Position numbers and translations under genes: made by a program
In this document: in pieces, positions 8,126 through 19,397 of the stretch
Layout of the letters: each line of letters starts with the position of its first letter
Position numbering within the stretch: the first letter of the stretch is position 1
Origin: a bacterium
GTDB lineage: Bacteria; Patescibacteriota; Minisyncoccia; Minisyncoccales; GWA2-46-15
Direction: 5' to 3'
Assembly: GCA_030704795.1 (NCBI GenBank)
Contig: JAUYCZ010000021.1
Span: 1-37,556 of the forward strand
Length of the DNA stretch: 37,556 nt
Notes under the pieces: model-generated
Seen by the model: the letters and a program-made list of their open reading frames with translations, nothing else
Databases searched by the model: none
Told to the model about the DNA's origin: nothing

Positions 8126-11100
8126 ATGAACGTAAAATCTTTCTCTAAGGCGAAGGTTTCTTTCCACCTTCCCTACTTAGGGTCTCTCCAGAGAGACAGC
8201 TGGCAATGGCTTCTGGAAAGAGGCATTAAAGATCTATTTGCCGAGGTTTCGCCCATCCGGGATTACACCAAAAAAGAGTTTGAACTCTGGTTTTTGGATT
8301 ACAAGCTCGACACACCCAGATACAAGGATGACTTGGAGGCCAAAAATGACAACGGTTCATACGAAGCTTCCCTGAGAGCCAAGACCCGCCTGATTAATCT
8401 CAAAACCAAAGAGGTTAAAGAGCAAGAAGTCTTTCTGGCCGATTTTCCCATTATGACCGAGAGAGGCACTTTTATTGTTAACGGCGTCGAAAGAGTCGCC
8501 ATCGCCCAGTTGATCCGTTCGCCGGGCGTTTTCTTTACCAGCCAGAGAATCGGCGGGCGTCACTATTTCGGCGCCAAGGTCATTCCCAACCGGGGCGCTT
8601 GGCTGGAAATGGAAACCGATGCCACGGGCTTTATAGGCATCAAGATTGACCGCAAAAGAAGGGTGGCCGCCACCACTCTCTTGAGGGCTTTTGGCATTGA
8701 TAATGACTTAGCCATCAAAGAGCTCTTTTCGGATATCGACAATGATCCCGACCTCAAATACCTGGACGAAACCTTAAAGAAAGACCCGACGCACAATCAG
8801 GCCGAAGCCTTGGTTGAGATCTATGAGAGACTGAGGCCGGGAGACCTAGTGACGCCGGACACGGCGCGGGAATTGATCGAAAACATGTTCTTTAACTTTG
8901 AGAGATATGACCTTTCCCGTGTGGGGAGGTGGAGGATGAATCAGCGCTTTTCGCGCGAGCGCAAAACTGGCGCAGAACCAAACGCAAAACAGACGCAGAA
9001 GTTTAGCGGAGACGAGATCACCGTCAAAGAAAGAGTTCTCCGGCCCGGGGATATCGTCGCCGTCATTCATGAGATCATCCGCTTGAACAACACGCCGGGC
9101 GCCCTGCCCGATCCGATTGATCACTTGGGCAACCGCCGCGTCAGAACCTCCGCCGAAGTTCTGCAAAACCGCATGAGAGTGGGGATGCTCCGGATGGAAA
9201 GAATCATCAAGGACCGGATTTCCACCTTAGAAGAAGGCATGCTGGCCCCTTCCCAACTCATCAACCCTCGTCCCTTAATGGCCGTCATTAAAGAGTTCTT
9301 TACTTCTAGCCAGCTCTGTCAGTTCATGGATAATGAGAATCCTCTGGCCGAGCTCGAACACAAGAGACGGTTGGCGGCGACGGGCCCGGGCGGTTTAACC
9401 CGGGAAAGAGCCGGTTTGGAAGTGAGAGACGTGCAGCCTTCGCACTATGGCCGCATCTGCCCGATTCAGACCCCCGAAGGCCAGAACGTGGGCTTGATCT
9501 CTCACATGGCCTGCTTTGCCCGGATCAATTCTTTGGGCTTTCTGGAGACCCCCTACTTTAAGGTGGAGAACGGCAAAATCACCGACGAGGTTCATTATCT
9601 CAATGCTTACGAGGAAGAAAGATATAATATTGCTCACGCCGGCACTGACATTGATAAAAACGGACACATTATTCCCGCCAAGGTGGCCGCCCGCATCAAG
9701 GGCGAGCCGGGCGAGATTGAAAAAGAAAAAATTAATTTTATTGATGTTTCTTCGAAACAAGCCATTTCCGCGGCCACTTCTTTGATTCCCTTTTTGCAGA
9801 ACGATGACGCCAACCGCGCTTTAATGGGCTCAAATATGCAGCGTCAGGCCGTGCCTCTTTTGAATCCCGAGGCGCCTTTGGTTTGCACCGGGGTGGAGCC
9901 CAAGGTGGCCGAAGACTCGGGCCAGATTCTCCTGGCCCAGGACGACGGCCGGGTGACCGAAGTCGATGCCCGCGAGATCGTCATTCAAAACACCAAGACC
10001 CGAGTTCAGACCCGTTACCAACTCCGCACCTTTGTCCGAACCAACCAATACACTTGTTTTCATCAACGCCCCATTGTCAAAAAAGGGGAGCCTGTCAAAA
10101 AGGGCCAGGTTTTGACGGATGGAGCGGCCATTGAAGATGGCTGGCTGGCCCTGGGCCGGAATATTCTCGTTTCCTTTTTATCCTGGCGGGGCTCAAACTT
10201 TGAAGACGCCATCATCATTTCGGAAAAACTGGTTAAAGAATACGTTTATTCTTCGATCCATTTAGAGAACTTTTTCTGCGATGTCAGAGAAACAAAACTG
10301 GGTCCGGAACTGACCACCGGCGACATTCCCAATGTTTCGGAAGAAAAACTGAAGGACCTGGATTCCGAAGGCATTATCCGCATCGGCGCCGAAGTCGGTT
10401 CCCACGACATCCTGGTCGGGAAAATCTCGCCCAAGGGTGAGACGGACCTGACGCCGGAAGAAAGGCTCTTGAAAGCCATTTTCGGGGAAAGAGCCCGAGA
10501 GGTCAAAGACAGTTCGCTTTTGCTCGAATACGGCAAAAGAGGCCGGGTCGTCGGCGTTAAAGTCTGGGAAAGAGAAAAGGGCGCCAAGCTCGAACCCGGC
10601 ATCATTAAAAGAGTTCAGGTGGAAGTGGCCGCCCTGCGCAAGATTCAGGCCGGTGATAAATTAGCGGGGCGCCATGGCAACAAAGGCGTCGTTTCTCTGG
10701 TTTTACCCGAAGAAGAAATGCCCTTCCTGGAAGACGGCACGCCCGTGGACATTATTCTCAACCCTTTGAGCGTCGCTTCCCGCATGAACCTGGGCCAGAT
10801 TCTGGAGACGCATTTGGGTTTAGCCGCCAAGAAGCTGGGCTACCGGGCCGTTTCCCCGGCCTTGCTCGGCGCCAACGAAAAAGACATCAAAGAGGAATTG
10901 ATTAAGGCCGGCTATCCCGCCGACGGCAAATTGCAGGTCTTTGACGGCCGGACCGGCGAACCCTTCCCGGGAAAGATCACCGTCGGCTATATCTATATGA
11001 TGCAGCTGATCCACATGGTCGAAGACAAACTGCACATGAGATCGATCGGCCCTTATTCCCTGATCACCCAACAGCCCTTGGGCGGTAAATCCCAATTCGG

Positions 11101-11362
11101 CGGCCAGCGATTCGGCGAGATGGAAGTCTGGGCCTTGGAAGGCTACGGCGCCAGCCACATCCTGCAAGAGATGTTGACCATTAAATCCGATGACGTGCCC
11201 GGGAGAGCCGCCAGTTATGAGGCGATCCTCAAAGGCGAACCCATTCGTCAGCCCAGCGTTCCGGCTTCCTTCAGTCTTTTGGTGGCCGAATTAAAATCAC
11301 TGGGATTGGCGGTGGAGGTGAAGGAGAAAATGAGGGAAGAGAGGGAAGAAGATAAAAGATAA
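8126..11362 (+). CDS. rpoB: DNA-directed RNA polymerase beta subunit
   Basis: GTFIVNGVERV, QFMD..NPLAELEHKRR, GDKLAGRHGNKG, GGQRFGEME motifs. Confidence 0.99.
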   Translation: MNVKSFSKAKVSFHLPYLGSLQRDSWQWLLERGIKDLFAEVSPIRDYTKKEFELWFLDYKLDTPRYKDDLEAKNDNGSYEASLRAKTRLINLKTKEVKEQEVFLADFPIMTERGTFIVNGVERVAIAQLIRSPGVFFTSQRIGGRHYFGAKVIPNRGAWLEMETDATGFIGIKIDRKRRVAATTLLRAFGIDNDLAIKELFSDIDNDPDLKYLDETLKKDPTHNQAEALVEIYERLRPGDLVTPDTARELIENMFFNFERYDLSRVGRWRMNQRFSRERKTGAEPNAKQTQKFSGDEITVKERVLRPGDIVAVIHEIIRLNNTPGALPDPIDHLGNRRVRTSAEVLQNRMRVGMLRMERIIKDRISTLEEGMLAPSQLINPRPLMAVIKEFFTSSQLCQFMDNENPLAELEHKRRLAATGPGGLTRERAGLEVRDVQPSHYGRICPIQTPEGQNVGLISHMACFARINSLGFLETPYFKVENGKITDEVHYLNAYEEERYNIAHAGTDIDKNGHIIPAKVAARIKGEPGEIEKEKINFIDVSSKQAISAATSLIPFLQNDDANRALMGSNMQRQAVPLLNPEAPLVCTGVEPKVAEDSGQILLAQDDGRVTEVDAREIVIQNTKTRVQTRYQLRTFVRTNQYTCFHQRPIVKKGEPVKKGQVLTDGAAIEDGWLALGRNILVSFLSWRGSNFEDAIIISEKLVKEYVYSSIHLENFFCDVRETKLGPELTTGDIPNVSEEKLKDLDSEGIIRIGAEVGSHDILVGKISPKGETDLTPEERLLKAIFGERAREVKDSSLLLEYGKRGRVVGVKVWEREKGAKLEPGIIKRVQVEVAALRKIQAGDKLAGRHGNKGVVSLVLPEEEMPFLEDGTPVDIILNPLSVASRMNLGQILETHLGLAAKKLGYRAVSPALLGANEKDIKEELIKAGYPADGKLQVFDGRTGEPFPGKITVGYIYMMQLIHMVEDKLHMRSIGPYSLITQQPLGGKSQFGGQRFGEMEVWALEGYGASHILQEMLTIKSDDVPGRAASYEAILKGEPIRQPSVPASFSLLVAELKSLGLAVEVKEKMREEREEDKR

Positions 11363-11372
11363 TTTATAAATT

Positions 11373-14300
11373 ATGAGAGTTGCCGACCTAGAAGCCATCC
11401 GCATCAAGCTCGCCAGCCCCGAGGAGATTTTGCAATGGTCCCACGGCGAAGTGACCAAGCCCGAGACGATCAACTACCGCACGCAAAAGCCCGAAAAAGA
11501 AGGCCTGTTTGACGAAAAGATTTTTGGCCCGGAAAAAGATTACGAGTGCTATTGCGGCAAATATCGCGGCATCCGCCACAAGGGCATTGTCTGCGACAAG
11601 TGCGGGGTGGAAGTGACCAAGGCTCAGGTGCGGCGGGAAAGAATGGGGCACATCAAGCTGGCTTCGCCGGTTTCCCATATCTGGTTCCTGAGAGGCGTGC
11701 CGTCCCGCATGGGCCAGGTTTTGGATTTGCCCATGGCTCACCTGGAGAAAGTCATCTATTTTAATGCCTACATTGTGACCAAGGTGGAGGAAGCGGCCAA
11801 GCAGCAGATTTTAGAACAGATTGAAAAAGAATACAAAGTAAAATCCAAGGCTCAAAACGCCCAATCTCAAAACGTCAAGAAGCCCACCAAGGGAGAAAAA
11901 AAAGACCAGCAGGATTTAAAGGCGGCCCGAGACCGGGCCAAAGACGAACTTTTAAGCATCAAACCTTTAAAAATTCTTTCGGAAGTCGATTATTTTGACC
12001 TATCTATTAAGTACGGCCAGTCTTTTGAGGCCGGCACCGGGGCAGAAACTCTGAGAAAGATCTTCAGCGAAATTGATACCAAGAAAAAGATTGCCGGACT
12101 CAAGGAAGAACTGGAAAAAGCCTCTCCCTTAAACCGGAGAAAGATTTTGAGACGGCTCAAGCTTTTTCAGGGCCTGGAAAGGGCCAATATTAAGGCCGAG
12201 TGGATGTTTCTGACCATCCTGCCCATTCTGCCGCCGGATCTTAGGCCGATGGTTCAACTGGACGGCGGCCGCTATGCCTCCTCTGATTTGAACGATCTTT
12301 ATCGCCGGGTCATTAACCGCAATAATCGCTTAAAGTATTTGTTGGAGATTGCCGCGCCCGAAGTCATCGTGCGTAATGAAAAGAGAATGCTGCAGGAAGC
12401 CGTTGACGCCCTGATTGACAACGGCATGAGAAAGGGCACCATGACTCAGGCCACCACCGGCGGCCGCCGCCTTTTGAAGTCTCTGGCCGATATTCTAAAA
12501 GGGAAACAAGGCCGGTTTAGGCAGAATCTTTTAGGCAAGAGAGTAGACTATTCGGGGCGATCCGTCATCGTCGTGGGCCCGGATTTGCCGCTGAACCAAG
12601 TGGGCATTCCCAAGAAAATGGCCCTGGAACTCTTTAAACCCTTTGTCATTAAAAAAATTCTGGACAAGGAACTGGCCTACAACGTGCGGGGCGCTTCTCG
12701 TTTGATTGAGCAGGAAACCGATGACGTCTGGGCCATTCTCGAAGAAGTGGTGACGGACAAACTAGTCCTCTTGAACCGGGCCCCGACCTTGCACCGGCTG
12801 GGCATTCAGGCTTTCCAGCCCATCCTGATTGAGGGCGAAGCGATCCGGGTTCATCCCTTGGTTTGCAAAGCTTTTAACGCGGATTTTGACGGAGACCAGA
12901 TGGCCGTTCATTTGCCTTTGTCCAAAGAAGCTCAGGCCGAAGCCCGGGAGATCATGCTTTCTTCGTTGAATCTCTTGAAGCCGGCCACGGGCTTGCCCAT
13001 TGTCAGTCCTTCCCAGGATATTGTTTTGGGCTGTTATTGGCTGACCAAGATAAGGCCTGGCGCCAAGGGCGAGGGCAAGATTTTCGGTTCGGCCCAGGAA
13101 GCTTGCCTGGCCTATGAATTTAAGGAAGTCGATATGAAAGCCTTGATCAAGATGCCTCATCCGAAGTCTAAGGACCGGCTGGAATTCATAGAAACGTCGG
13201 TGGGCCGCTTGACCTTTAACGAGGCTTTGCCCGAAGATTTTCCTTTCCAGAATAAGGAGATGAATTCCCGGGAGCTAGAAGAACTCATCCGCGAGGTCAT
13301 CGAGAGATACGGCATTGAAAAAACCCCGCCCATTCTGGATAAAATTAAGAGTACGGGCTTTGAAGGCGCCACCTGGTCCGGCGTGACCTGGGGCATGGAT
13401 GATCTGATCGTGCCGGCCGAAAAACCCAAACTGATTGCGGCCGCCGAGCAAGAGATCGCTCAGCTGGAAATCCATTTTCAAAAAGGACTTTTGTCCCGCG
13501 ATGAAAAATATCAGAGATCAATTGAAGTTTGGCAGCGAACCAAGTCGGCGGTGGAAAAATTAGTGCCGAAATCTCTGCCGGCGGATGGAAGCGTCTTTAC
13601 CATCATTGATTCGGGGGCCCGGGGTTCCTGGGCTCAGCCGGCGCAGATGGCGGGCATGAAGGGCTTGGTCATCAACCCAATCGGCCGGATTATTGAACTG
13701 CCGATCAAGCATTCTTACAAAGAAGGCTTTGACGTTTTGGAATACTTTCTTTCGACTCACGGCGCCCGCAAGGGTACGGCCGACACGGCGTTGCGGACAT
13801 CCACGGCCGGCTACCTGACGAGAAGGCTCGTCGACGTCAGCCATGACATCATCATCCACGAAATTGATTGCGGCGATGCCGTGGGCACGGTCTTTTCACG
13901 CCCGGAAGCCCAAGAGATCGGCCAGAACTTCCTTTTTAAAATTGTGAGCCGTATTTCTCTGGATAGTATTAAATCAAGCAATCCGGAAAGCAAAAATAAA
14001 ACCCTGGTTAAGGCGGGCGAGGTGATTGATTGGGAAAAGGGCAAAGAAATCATCAAAGAAGGCATTGACGAAGTGCGGGCCCGTTCGCCTTTGAGCTGCC
14101 GGCTTTTAAGAGGCGTCTGTCAGAAATGCTACGGCTGGAGCCTGGGATCGGGCCAGATGGTTAAGACGGGAGAAGCGGTGGGCGTCATTGCCGCTCAGGC
14201 CATTGGTGAGCCGGGGACTCAGTTAACGATGAGAACTTTCCATTTGGGCGGCGTGGCCGGCGGCAGTGATATTACCATGGGCTTGCCGCGGGTGGAAGAA

Positions 14301-15026
14301 ATATTTGAGGCCCGGGTGCCTCTAGGCCAGGGCGCGATCACCCTGGTTGATGGCCAGGTTCTGGAAATTATTGGCGGAAAGACGGTCCGGATAAAGCCAT
14401 CCGAGCCAGCCAGCTCAGCCCTTGGTTTAGCCACTGGCTCAGCCAGGAAGAAAAAGAGCTCGAAGCTGGAGAAAGACGAGATTTTGGAATACGAAATCCC
14501 CGAAGGCAAGGGCATTTTAGTTAAGGCGGGGGATCGGGTCAAAGCGGGGCAAGCCCTGTCCGAGGGCAACCTGGATTTAAAGGAGCTTTTCAAGGCGGTG
14601 GGCCAAGAACGAACCCAGCATCATATTATTAAAGAGATTCAGCGGATTTATGCTTCTCAGGGGGCGACCATTCATGACAAGCACGTGGAGGTGGTCGTCC
14701 GGCAAATGTTTTCCCGATTGAAGGTCAAGGATCCGGGTGACAGCATTTTGATTCAGGGAGAAACCATCACCAACCAGAAATTATTTGAAGAAAACCAGCG
14801 GCTGAAGAAAGAAGGGAAAAAGACCGTGTCGGCCACCTCGATTTTATTGGGCATCTCCAAGGTGGCTTTAACGACGGACAGTTTTTTGTCGGCCGCCTCT
14901 TTCCAGGAGACTTCCCGGATTCTTATCTCCGCCGCCATCTCGGGCAAGGAAGACAAACTCCAGGGCTTAAAAGAAAATGTCATCATCGGCAAGTTGATTC
15001 CGGCCGGCACAGGCCTGAAGAAATGA
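11373..15026 (+). CDS. rpoC: DNA-directed RNA polymerase beta' subunit
   Basis: Catalytic NADFDGD motif, zinc finger [49 protein letters not shown]. Confidence 0.99.
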   Translation: MRVADLEAIRIKLASPEEILQWSHGEVTKPETINYRTQKPEKEGLFDEKIFGPEKDYECYCGKYRGIRHKGIVCDKCGVEVTKAQVRRERMGHIKLASPVSHIWFLRGVPSRMGQVLDLPMAHLEKVIYFNAYIVTKVEEAAKQQILEQIEKEYKVKSKAQNAQSQNVKKPTKGEKKDQQDLKAARDRAKDELLSIKPLKILSEVDYFDLSIKYGQSFEAGTGAETLRKIFSEIDTKKKIAGLKEELEKASPLNRRKILRRLKLFQGLERANIKAEWMFLTILPILPPDLRPMVQLDGGRYASSDLNDLYRRVINRNNRLKYLLEIAAPEVIVRNEKRMLQEAVDALIDNGMRKGTMTQATTGGRRLLKSLADILKGKQGRFRQNLLGKRVDYSGRSVIVVGPDLPLNQVGIPKKMALELFKPFVIKKILDKELAYNVRGASRLIEQETDDVWAILEEVVTDKLVLLNRAPTLHRLGIQAFQPILIEGEAIRVHPLVCKAFNADFDGDQMAVHLPLSKEAQAEAREIMLSSLNLLKPATGLPIVSPSQDIVLGCYWLTKIRPGAKGEGKIFGSAQEACLAYEFKEVDMKALIKMPHPKSKDRLEFIETSVGRLTFNEALPEDFPFQNKEMNSRELEELIREVIERYGIEKTPPILDKIKSTGFEGATWSGVTWGMDDLIVPAEKPKLIAAAEQEIAQLEIHFQKGLLSRDEKYQRSIEVWQRTKSAVEKLVPKSLPADGSVFTIIDSGARGSWAQPAQMAGMKGLVINPIGRIIELPIKHSYKEGFDVLEYFLSTHGARKGTADTALRTSTAGYLTRRLVDVSHDIIIHEIDCGDAVGTVFSRPEAQEIGQNFLFKIVSRISLDSIKSSNPESKNKTLVKAGEVIDWEKGKEIIKEGIDEVRARSPLSCRLLRGVCQKCYGWSLGSGQMVKTGEAVGVIAAQAIGEPGTQLTMRTFHLGGVAGGSDITMGLPRVEEIFEARVPLGQGAITLVDGQVLEIIGGKTVRIKPSEPASSALGLATGSARKKKSSKLEKDEILEYEIPEGKGILVKAGDRVKAGQALSEGNLDLKELFKAVGQERTQHHIIKEIQRIYASQGATIHDKHVEVVVRQMFSRLKVKDPGDSILIQGETITNQKLFEENQRLKKEGKKTVSATSILLGISKVALTTDSFLSAASFQETSRILISAAISGKEDKLQGLKENVIIGKLIPAGTGLKK

Positions 15027-15062
15027 TTCACTCGGCGGCCAAAAAATGTTAGAATTTACTCA

Positions 15063-17306
15063 GTGAGTAAAAACAACAAGAATCACAATTCAAAGAACTC
15101 TCTTTCGAAGAAAGACAAGGAACCAAAGTCCTTGTTCCTTCCGGCTTTAGCCCAGGGCTATCTCTTGGGCTTAGTTTTTCTCTTAGCGGCGGCCATTCTC
15201 ACTCTTTCATTTTTCGATTTGGCCGGCGGGGGAGGAGAAAAAATTCTCAGTTCCCTCACTTTTTTGTTCGGCCAGGAGACGATCCGGTTGCTGCCTTTGT
15301 TTTTGATTTTGGTCGGCGTCTTCTTTTTTGTCGTCAGCCCGAATTCTCAGAAAATCTGGAAAATGATTATTCTGGCGCTTTTTTCCTGTTTAATCGGCCT
15401 GAGCGCGGTTTTGACTTCTTTAAACGGTTATGACAAATTCTCTTTGAGCGATCCGGGGCCCGGTGGTTTTCTGGGACGCCTTTTGAGCTGGCCCATTCTC
15501 AAGATATTTGATTTCTGGGTCAGTCTGGCGGTTTTCGGGGGCTTGATCATCTTTGGCTTTTTTATCTTTTGGCAGGTGAGCCGGAAGATTCGGCCCAAAG
15601 AGGTTGAGGATCTGGCGGAAAAGCCCCAGGCGCTCCAGAGGAGCATCCGGAGGATTTTTGAACCCCAGCTCAAAATTAAAGAAATCTCGGACAATAAATC
15701 CCGTTCCCTGACGGGAGCGACGCCTTTACCCGAACTCAAAACCAAACCCATTCCCCAAGGGATGAGATCATCAATCTACAAAAAACCACCTTTGGATTTA
15801 CTGGAAGTTGATCGGGGCGAACCCGTCACCGGTGATATCCGCAACAACCTGACCATTATTAAAAAAACCTTAGAGACCTTTGGCATTCCCGTGGAAATGG
15901 GCGAAGTTAACGTTGGTCCGACCGTCACCCGATACACCTTAAAGCCGGCCGAAGGCATCAAACTTTCTAAAATCACCACTCTTAATAATGATCTTTCCCT
16001 GGCCTTGGCGACTCATCCCATCCGCATCGAAGCGCCGATTCCGGGCCAGTCCTTGGTGGGGATTGAGGTTCCCAACAAGGTCCGAACCCAGGTCAGATTG
16101 CGTAATCTTTTTGAATCGCCGGAATTCCAAAATTCCAGTTCATCTTTGGTTTTTGCTTTGGGCCGGGATGTCGCCGGCAACCCTCTTTTTGCCGACCTGA
16201 CCCGCATGCCGCATTTGCTGGTAGCCGGATCGACCGGCACGGGCAAAACCATCTGTTTAAACAGCCTTATTTTAAGCTTGATTTATCGCAATTCACCCGA
16301 GGTGATGAGGTTGATCCTGGTTGACCCCAAGCGGGTGGAGTTCCCGGTTTATCAAGACATCCCCCATCTTTTGTCCCCCGTTATCTTTGACGGCCAGAAA
16401 ACAATTAATACCCTAAAATGGCTGGTTAAGGAAATGGAGAGACGTTTCGAAGTTCTGGCTCAGGCTAAAGCCCGGGACATCGGCGGGTACAATCGCGAGA
16501 TCAATTCCCGTCGCGCCAAGACCTCGGTCAAAAATGAGGAAGAGGATTTGGACCCCATGCCCTACATTGTCGTCGTCATTGACGAGCTGGCCGATTTGAT
16601 GGCCGCCCGCGGCAAAGAGATTGAAGGCGGCATTGTGAGGCTGGCCCAGATGGCCCGCGCCGTGGGCATTCATCTGGTCGTGGCCACGCAAAGACCGTCC
16701 GTGGAAGTCATTACCGGTTTAATCAAGGCCAACATTACTTCCCGGATTACTTTCCAGGTGGCTTCACAGGTTGATTCCCGGACTGTCATTGACATGGCCG
16801 GAGCGGAAAAGCTCCTGGGCTCCGGCGACCTGCTCTTTATCTCTGCAGAAACGGCTAAGCCCCGCCGGATTCAGGGCGGTTATGTCACGGATAAAGAAGT
16901 CAAAAGAGTCACCGAGTTTTTGAAAACTCAAAAACATGACTTTGCCGCTTTGAAAGAAAACTTTTTGGCCGAGGAATTGGAAAGAGAACTGGCCGTCGGG
17001 GAACCCGACAGGGGCGAGTTTTATGCCGGCGAGGAAGACCCTCTCTATCCCCAGGCCAAGCAATTGGCGATTGAATCCAAAAAAGCTTCGGCTTCCCTGA
17101 TGCAGCGCCGGTTAAGAGTGGGCTATGCTCGGGCGGCCCGGCTCTTGGATATTCTGGAAGAAAGAGGCGTGGTCGGACCGGCCGACGGCGCCAAACCCCG
17201 GGAGGTTTATCTGACCGGCGAAGTCAAAGAAGAAGAAAGGGGTGTTCCCATTAAGATTCAGAGGCCGGGGGGAGAAAAACAGGATGACGAATGGGAGAAG
17301 GTATAG
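15063..17306 (+). CDS. ftsK: FtsK/SpoIIIE DNA translocase
   Basis: N-terminal TMs, [30 protein letters not shown], gamma domain [18 protein letters not shown]. Confidence 0.97.
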   Translation: MSKNNKNHNSKNSLSKKDKEPKSLFLPALAQGYLLGLVFLLAAAILTLSFFDLAGGGGEKILSSLTFLFGQETIRLLPLFLILVGVFFFVVSPNSQKIWKMIILALFSCLIGLSAVLTSLNGYDKFSLSDPGPGGFLGRLLSWPILKIFDFWVSLAVFGGLIIFGFFIFWQVSRKIRPKEVEDLAEKPQALQRSIRRIFEPQLKIKEISDNKSRSLTGATPLPELKTKPIPQGMRSSIYKKPPLDLLEVDRGEPVTGDIRNNLTIIKKTLETFGIPVEMGEVNVGPTVTRYTLKPAEGIKLSKITTLNNDLSLALATHPIRIEAPIPGQSLVGIEVPNKVRTQVRLRNLFESPEFQNSSSSLVFALGRDVAGNPLFADLTRMPHLLVAGSTGTGKTICLNSLILSLIYRNSPEVMRLILVDPKRVEFPVYQDIPHLLSPVIFDGQKTINTLKWLVKEMERRFEVLAQAKARDIGGYNREINSRRAKTSVKNEEEDLDPMPYIVVVIDELADLMAARGKEIEGGIVRLAQMARAVGIHLVVATQRPSVEVITGLIKANITSRITFQVASQVDSRTVIDMAGAEKLLGSGDLLFISAETAKPRRIQGGYVTDKEVKRVTEFLKTQKHDFAALKENFLAEELERELAVGEPDRGEFYAGEEDPLYPQAKQLAIESKKASASLMQRRLRVGYARAARLLDILEERGVVGPADGAKPREVYLTGEVKEEERGVPIKIQRPGGEKQDDEWEKV

Positions 17307-17326
17307 ACAATTTTCAATCAATTACA

Positions 17327-18334
17327 ATGGTTAAGAAAAACCCAGAAAAAAAAGAAACAGGCGTCCGCAAGGATTTGCTGGAAGCGGTGGCCGAGATCAG
17401 ACAGAGATTTGGCGAGGGCGCCATTATGAAATTAAAAGACGTGAGGGCGGTCGATGTTGACGTTATCCCCACCGGCTCGCCTTCTTTGGATTTGGCTCTG
17501 GGCGTGGGCGGCGTTCCCCGCGGCCGGGTCGTGGAAATATTCGGCCCCGAATCGAGCGGAAAAACAACCTTGGCGCTGCACATCTGCGCCGAAGCCCAGA
17601 AGACGGGCGGGGTGGCCGCTTTTATTGATGTCGAGCACGCTTTGGATCCGGACTACGCCAGAAAAATCGGGGTGGCGGTGGAAGATATTCTCATTTCTCA
17701 GCCCGATTCCGCGGAAGAGGCCTTACAGATCGTGGAAACCTTGGTTCGATCGAACCAGGTTGATGTCGTTGTCGTCGATTCCGTGGCCGCCTTGGCGCCC
17801 AAGAATGCCATTGAATCAGAGATGGGGGAGTTTCAGATCGGTCTTCAGGCCCGGCTCATGTCCTCGGCTTTGCAAAAGCTTTCGGGCGCCATCTCTAAGA
17901 GCAAGGCAACCGTCATTTTTCTTAATCAAATCCGCATGAAGATTGGCATCATGTTTGGTAATCCGGAAACTACTTCCGGCGGTCTAGCTCTTAAGTTTTA
18001 TTCTTCGGTGCGGATTGATTTAAGGCGGATTGCCCAGATCAAGCACGGGGAAAGCATCATTGGTTCCCGGGTCCGGGCCAAAATCGTCAAGAACAAAGTG
18101 GCCGCTCCCTTCCGCCTCGCCGAATTCGACATCTATTATAACGAAGGCATTTCCTATCTCACCGATCTTTTGGCTTTGGGGATAAAGCAGGAAGTGATTA
18201 AGAAATCCGGCAGCTGGCTGGACTTTGGAGAAACGAGATTGGGCCAGGGAATCGAAGCGGCCAAACAGTTCTTAAAGGAAAATCCCAAGATCGCCGAAAA
18301 AATCAGGCAAGCTGTTTTCGCTTCGCAAAAATGA
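17327..18334 (+). CDS. recA: Recombinase RecA
   Basis: [54 protein letters not shown]. Probable start is the ATG at 17327. Confidence 0.98.
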   Translation: MVKKNPEKKETGVRKDLLEAVAEIRQRFGEGAIMKLKDVRAVDVDVIPTGSPSLDLALGVGGVPRGRVVEIFGPESSGKTTLALHICAEAQKTGGVAAFIDVEHALDPDYARKIGVAVEDILISQPDSAEEALQIVETLVRSNQVDVVVVDSVAALAPKNAIESEMGEFQIGLQARLMSSALQKLSGAISKSKATVIFLNQIRMKIGIMFGNPETTSGGLALKFYSSVRIDLRRIAQIKHGESIIGSRVRAKIVKNKVAAPFRLAEFDIYYNEGISYLTDLLALGIKQEVIKKSGSWLDFGETRLGQGIEAAKQFLKENPKIAEKIRQAVFASQK

Positions 18335-18411
18335 AGATTTTGCTTCGCAAAAATAAAAAAGACAGTTTTTGCTGCCCCCGGTACTTAAAATTCAAAGTTG
18401 TATTTTGAGTC

Positions 18412-18609
18412 TTACCTCATGACGTAAGGCAGCAAGGCTAAGAAGCGGGCTCTTTTGATGGCCTGGGCTAATTTCCGCTGGTGGCTGGCGCAAACGCCGG
18501 TTCTTTTTTTGGCCCGGATCTTGGCCAAACCCGAAGTAAACTTCCGGAGAAGCTCTAAATTTTTGTAATCGATTTCTTCAATGCCCTTTTGGCAAAAAAA
18601 ACAATCCAT
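18412..18609 (-). CDS. rpsR: 30S ribosomal protein S18 (zinc-binding C+ form)
   Basis: CFFC..IDYKN..LL..F...KI...RTGVC..HQR.LA.AIKRARFLALLPY. Confidence 0.97.
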   Translation of the reverse strand: MDCFFCQKGIEEIDYKNLELLRKFTSGLAKIRAKKRTGVCASHQRKLAQAIKRARFLALLPYVMR

Positions 18610-18615
18610 GAGTCT

Positions 18616-19293
18616 TTAGATTAAATAAGCTAAATTATCATGCTTTTTCATATTTTTAATTTTTTCCAACGGTTGAAGATTCTTTAAACCCCAACACTCT
18701 TTGAATGCCGAATCGCTCGGCGAAATATAATTAAATGAGGATTTTGGTTTTATATGATCAACCACCCAGTAGCTACCATAGTTATCCCAATTCATTTTAG
18801 CGTCAAATCTCTTCTCTAGATATCGTATTAATTCTGTTAAGGTATAATTGACTAAAGTTTTCCACGTTTGCCCAGCCTTTTTATCCTTTAGACAACGAGA
18901 GATAGCCGAGCCCATATTTTCGTCAAGACGATATTTTGGATTTGTTTTTCTCTGGTATTTCCCCCACGCCCCCTTATACCGCAGTAGTTTCTTTTTATTT
19001 TCTCGATTATATTTTCTGTGACATCGTTGCAATCGGATCTTGTTGCGCTGATAATACTTTTTACATTGTTGCAGTATTCTATTTTTGTTTATCCGATACC
19101 ATTTCTTATGATATTGGGATACGCGCTCCTTATTGTTTTTATAATATTCTTTGTGTTGTAATCGTACCCTCTTCCGGTTTTTCTGGTACCATTTTTTGCC
19201 GTATAAAGACGTTCTTTTTAATATCCTCTCCTTATTTTTCTGATAATAAGCCTTTTTGTTTTGCCGCTCTTTTTCTTTATTCCTATAGGCCAT
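18616..19293 (-). CDS. Free-standing HNH (HNN-type beta-beta-alpha-metal) endonuclease with N-terminal basic 15-aa repeats
   Basis: C-terminal YLEKRF...MNWDNYG.YWVVDHIKP...CW.LKNLQPL...N motif, six Y/W-Y-x-x-N-K repeats, and strongly AT-rich relative to the flanks. Confidence 0.8.
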   Translation of the reverse strand: MAYRNKEKERQNKKAYYQKNKERILKRTSLYGKKWYQKNRKRVRLQHKEYYKNNKERVSQYHKKWYRINKNRILQQCKKYYQRNKIRLQRCHRKYNRENKKKLLRYKGAWGKYQRKTNPKYRLDENMGSAISRCLKDKKAGQTWKTLVNYTLTELIRYLEKRFDAKMNWDNYGSYWVVDHIKPKSSFNYISPSDSAFKECWGLKNLQPLEKIKNMKKHDNLAYLI

Positions 19294-19332
19294 AATCTGG
19301 TATATTTATTTCATCCAGGCATTCTTTGTTCG

Positions 19333-19373
19333 ATAGCGATCACGATATATCGGGCGGAGTACCGCCCGCTATA
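19333..19373. repeat. Two-hairpin palindromic element, copy C (inverted relative to B)
   Basis: ATAG CG-ATCA-CG ATATAT CGGGCGG-AGTA-CCGCCCG CTATA. Confidence 0.9.
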
Positions 19374-19397
19374 AACAGAAAAACGCTGTGGCCAATA

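Noticed and set aside
7949-8167. 72 aa antisense ORF over the rpoB leader
   Set aside because: No recognisable motif, it overlaps the rpoB start, and it is likely a chance ORF.
8299-17321. Numerous antisense or alternate-frame ORFs within rpoB, rpoC, ftsK and other core genes
   Set aside because: Shadow ORFs of long coding sequences with no independent motifs or expression signals.
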